Shown one piece after another: positions 60,848-64,000 of a stretch of DNA of 64,000 bases. A model generated the notes under the pieces. The model did no database searches. It worked only from the letters and a program-made list of their open reading frames with translations, and was not told the origin of the DNA. This stretch comes from Scyliorhinus canicula (taxonomy: Eukaryota). Location of the stretch: NCBI RefSeq assembly GCF_902713615.1, contig NC_052157.1, positions 60,662,146-60,726,145 of the forward strand, written 5' to 3'. A program made the translations under genes and the position numbers. Every line of letters begins with the position of its first letter. The stretch's first letter is position 1.

Positions 60848-61685
60848 CGCAACAACCTCGGCCGGTCCCATCAACCCCGGTCAGGACCCCATTACTGCCC
60901 TCCCCTCCCCTCTCCCTGGGACTTAAACTGGAGCATGAGAACATTCACCTTTTCAAAGTCAGGTCACCAGCGAGCGACCCCGATATACCTTTCCCCAGAC
61001 CAGTCTCGGCTTTACAATGTTCCAATTTTCACAAACTGCTCAACATCACACGCCTGCTTGTAGAAAACCTTCTGTCCAATACAAACCACCAGCTGCATCA
61101 TGTTCACCAACACACCGGGAACTTGTGCAGAGTTTGCACCATCCCCTCACAGCATAGCCAGCGTATATTGCCGTCAGAATAGCATTTCCGAAGACTTTCC
61201 GATGATATAGATTGGAGCAAAGCTCATTCAAAGCACCGAAAAGGAAACATGCTGTGAAAATGTTATTTTATTCCAATCTGTTGCAAATGAAGCATGTTAA
61301 AAAAAAAACTGCCAATGAGGGAATAATTTGCTCGCTGCCAGGAAAACCCATGAGCGGTGATCGAGTGAAAAATCAAGTGGATCCACCGGCTGTTGAATTT
61401 GATGTTCGGTCCAGTTCCAAGGACAAGGAAATGAAGGATCTTCCTACCTGGTTCTCAATCAAAGATTCCTCTGTGTTTACAGCAACAATGCTAACACCTA
61501 GGTATAGTTGCTATGCTAATTGGTGGTGCTGTTGGGAAGAGATCAGACTGAACCCAGGTGGCAGCTCCAGCTGGGAGGTCGCTGAGAAACTTGTCGGGAA
61601 GCTTGATGCAAGTGCGCGGGGAGCTGGCGGCCATGGCACATTGACTCTGAGCCTCAGATTCAGTCAATGGCTTGTTAAACTCTTG

Positions 61686-62319
61686 GGGCGGAATTCTCCC
61701 AACAGGAGCCGACGCTGGAGTAAAAACTGGAGTGTTTTACTCCGGTGTCGGCGCCCGTTCCCAGACCCCTATTCTGGGGCCTCCGTGGGGCTGGCAGGGG
61801 CGTGGTGTGATTTCCGGGGGTGGGGCCTCGTCGCGGCGTTGGAGACCTGGCGCAGCGTAAAAGACACGGCAGCTTGGGTCCCGCGCATGCGCTAGTTGGG
61901 CAGGCGCCAATGCAATGGCTGTCCTCCCCCAAGCCGCCCTGCACAAAAATGGCGCAGGGATATAACATTGCCGGCGGAGGAAAGGAGGCCCGCTGACAGA
62001 GAGGCCGGCCCGCTGATCGGTGGGCCTTGATCGCAGGGCAGATGCCTTCGGAGGCCCCCCCCCCCCCCGGTGAAGAAGCCCCCCCCCCCTCCGAGCGTTC
62101 CCACCAGCAGCAACCAGGGGGTGAACGGCTGCTGCTCGGCCCCTCTGGGCTGGTGAATCGGTGACCCCGCCGATTCCAGTGGCCCGCAGCCAGCGCCGCG
62201 CCAAACACGCCGGCGCAAATGCCGCCGATTCTCCGCACCTCGGAAAATAGCGCAACGGTGTCGGGGAGTCGTGGTGCGGTTGCTCCAATTCTCCGGCCCG
62301 GGGCTCGGAGAATCGTCCC
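61686..62319. mobile_element. GC-rich MITE
   Basis: GGGCGGAATTCTCC...GGAGAATCGTCCC TIRs. Confidence 0.8.
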
Positions 62320-62329
62320 CTCTTTTTTT

Positions 62330-62945
62330 CTGAAAATTATACTTTATTCATAAAATCTCTAATAAACATTACAGAACATTTCAAATTGTTATGACTGTAC
62401 ATTGCCTCCAAAGTTACATATTCACTTGCCTTTCTTGCATTCAATTGGGATAACATTCCACACATTTTCCTGTTTACGTTACAATTCTTTCTTAAATATT
62501 TACATCGTCATGTTTCTTTCAATACTTTTATACATTGGAGTATTAATGACCCAGACCGAGGGGCTTTACACTGTTACCCACCCCTCGGCGTACATTTGTT
62601 GGTAAGACCTCACACAGTGGCATTTCCCCATTGCGCCTTGGCGGCAGCAGCCCCAAGCTTCAGTGCATCCCTCAGCACGTAGTCCTGAACCTTGAAATGT
62701 GCCAGTCTGCAATACTCGGTCGAGAACAATTCTTTGCACTAGAAGATCAGCAAGTTTCGGGCAGGCCAAAGAGCGTCTTTCACTGAGTTGTTGACCCTCC
62801 AGCAGCAGTTGATGTTTGTCTCGGTGTGTGTCCCTGGAAACAGTCCATAGAGCACAGAGTCCTGTGTCACAGAGCTGCTCGGGATGAACCTTGACAAATA
62901 CCACTGCATCTCTCTCCAGACCTTCTTTGCAAAGGCACATTCTGC
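62330..62945 (-). mobile_element. Tx1-like LINE 3' end
   Basis: ECAFAKKVW...VLYGLFPGTH...VKDALW; A-rich tail. Confidence 0.8.
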
Positions 62946-63439
62946 AAGGATTCTTCCAGGCAATCGGCTTCTCCCTATAAATACAGAATTGTTGGCGGCC
63001 GTGGATCCGCGACCCACCCGCTGGTGGTGACCCACATTTCGAAGAGGCTCAGTCTTCAATTGCTTTGGTTGTTCAGATCAGAAACCAAGTTTAAAGAGAG
63101 GATTTTATCCATAATAAATAAATTGAATATTTACAGTAGTAATTGTGTACACCCATTGAGAAATCTGACAAGCACGGTTTGGAGTAAAGATTTCAGTGTT
63201 GTACCAATTCTGAGATTTAATGATTCATATACAAAAGCAACATTTAAATATTCAGATATATCTTCATAGATCACTGCTTTTGGCCTTCTGGAAAGCTCCG
63301 TGTGTCACACACGCACTGCCCAGTGTAATTGGGGTTGGAAGAGGATGCATTTAATGTTGGACAAATTGGTTCTGCTGAGAACTTCATTGTTTGTGATGTA
63401 GTCCTGCCATCTGCTGTTCACGATGGATCGAGGACAGGG

Positions 63440-64000
63440 TTGATGGAAGCTGTCCATTTGGTTTTTTCAAAGGAATATTTTTATTGAAGGCATTTTATAC
63501 AAAAATATAAACATATATACAAAAATATACAAGTCAAACCCTGACAACAGCGAACAAAAACAAAAATCCCCCCCCCCCCCATCTCTCAGTAACCCCAACC
63601 CCACCTCTCTCTTTCCCTTCACTTCACACCCTCCCCCCCCAAACAAAACAAACCACCCATATTCTCCTCCACCCCCCCCCCCCCCCCCCCTCTCAAATCA
63701 CTCTGAAGAAGTTGATAAACGGCCTCCACCTCAGGGCAAACTCCTCTTTCACTTCACGTATACTAAAGGTAACTTTTTCCAGGTGCACAGGTTCTGCCAG
63801 GTCACTCACCCTTACCCACACCTTTGGCACCAACTCAACAAAATCCCTCTCTGGGCAATCAGGGAGGCAAAGGCCAAAACATCGGCCTCTCTTCCCACCT
63901 GAACTCCCAGATCTTTCGACACTCTGAATATTGCCACCTCCAGACTCGGAGCCACCCCTACGCCCAGAGTTCAGACATTACTTCCAAAATCTCCTTCCAA
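63440..64000 (-). mobile_element. L1-clade 3' end
   Basis: SPEVAIFRV...FALRWRPFIN-like C-terminus and 3' UTR. Confidence 0.7.

Overview
This is repeat-dense vertebrate genomic DNA, most likely from a cartilaginous fish (inferred from shark-type tRNA SINEs, CR1 and L1/Tx1 LINEs). Most of the window is nested transposable elements: four Gypsy LTR retrotransposon pieces, one decayed retrovirus-like provirus (LTR, tRNA-Arg PBS, gag-UGA-pro), several solo LTRs with 4-bp TSDs, a full-length CR1 LINE, L1-clade fragments, SINEs, GC-rich MITEs, a 43-bp minisatellite and a complete pogo/Tigger transposon. Host exons lie between them and mostly do not appear in the ORF track. A minus-strand B7/butyrophilin-like single-IgV membrane-protein gene can be assembled from leader 33696-33753, IgV 32488-32832, duplicated stalk exons 23373-23411 and 21431-21469, TM 11507-11618 and a truncated tail 10516-10528. 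An inverted plus-strand paralog retains only a fused stalk-TM exon and a full tail. There is also an orphan first exon of SLC35B1. The most intriguing signal is that two sequence-divergent Gypsy elements lack a tRNA PBS and instead carry, 1 nt after the 5' LTR, a 14-nt segment complementary to their own LTR poly(A)-signal region. This suggests self-priming or poly(A) occlusion. The two Gypsy copies that retain RT both have a non-canonical YLDN active site. All alignments and counts were done by eye; no database search was run.
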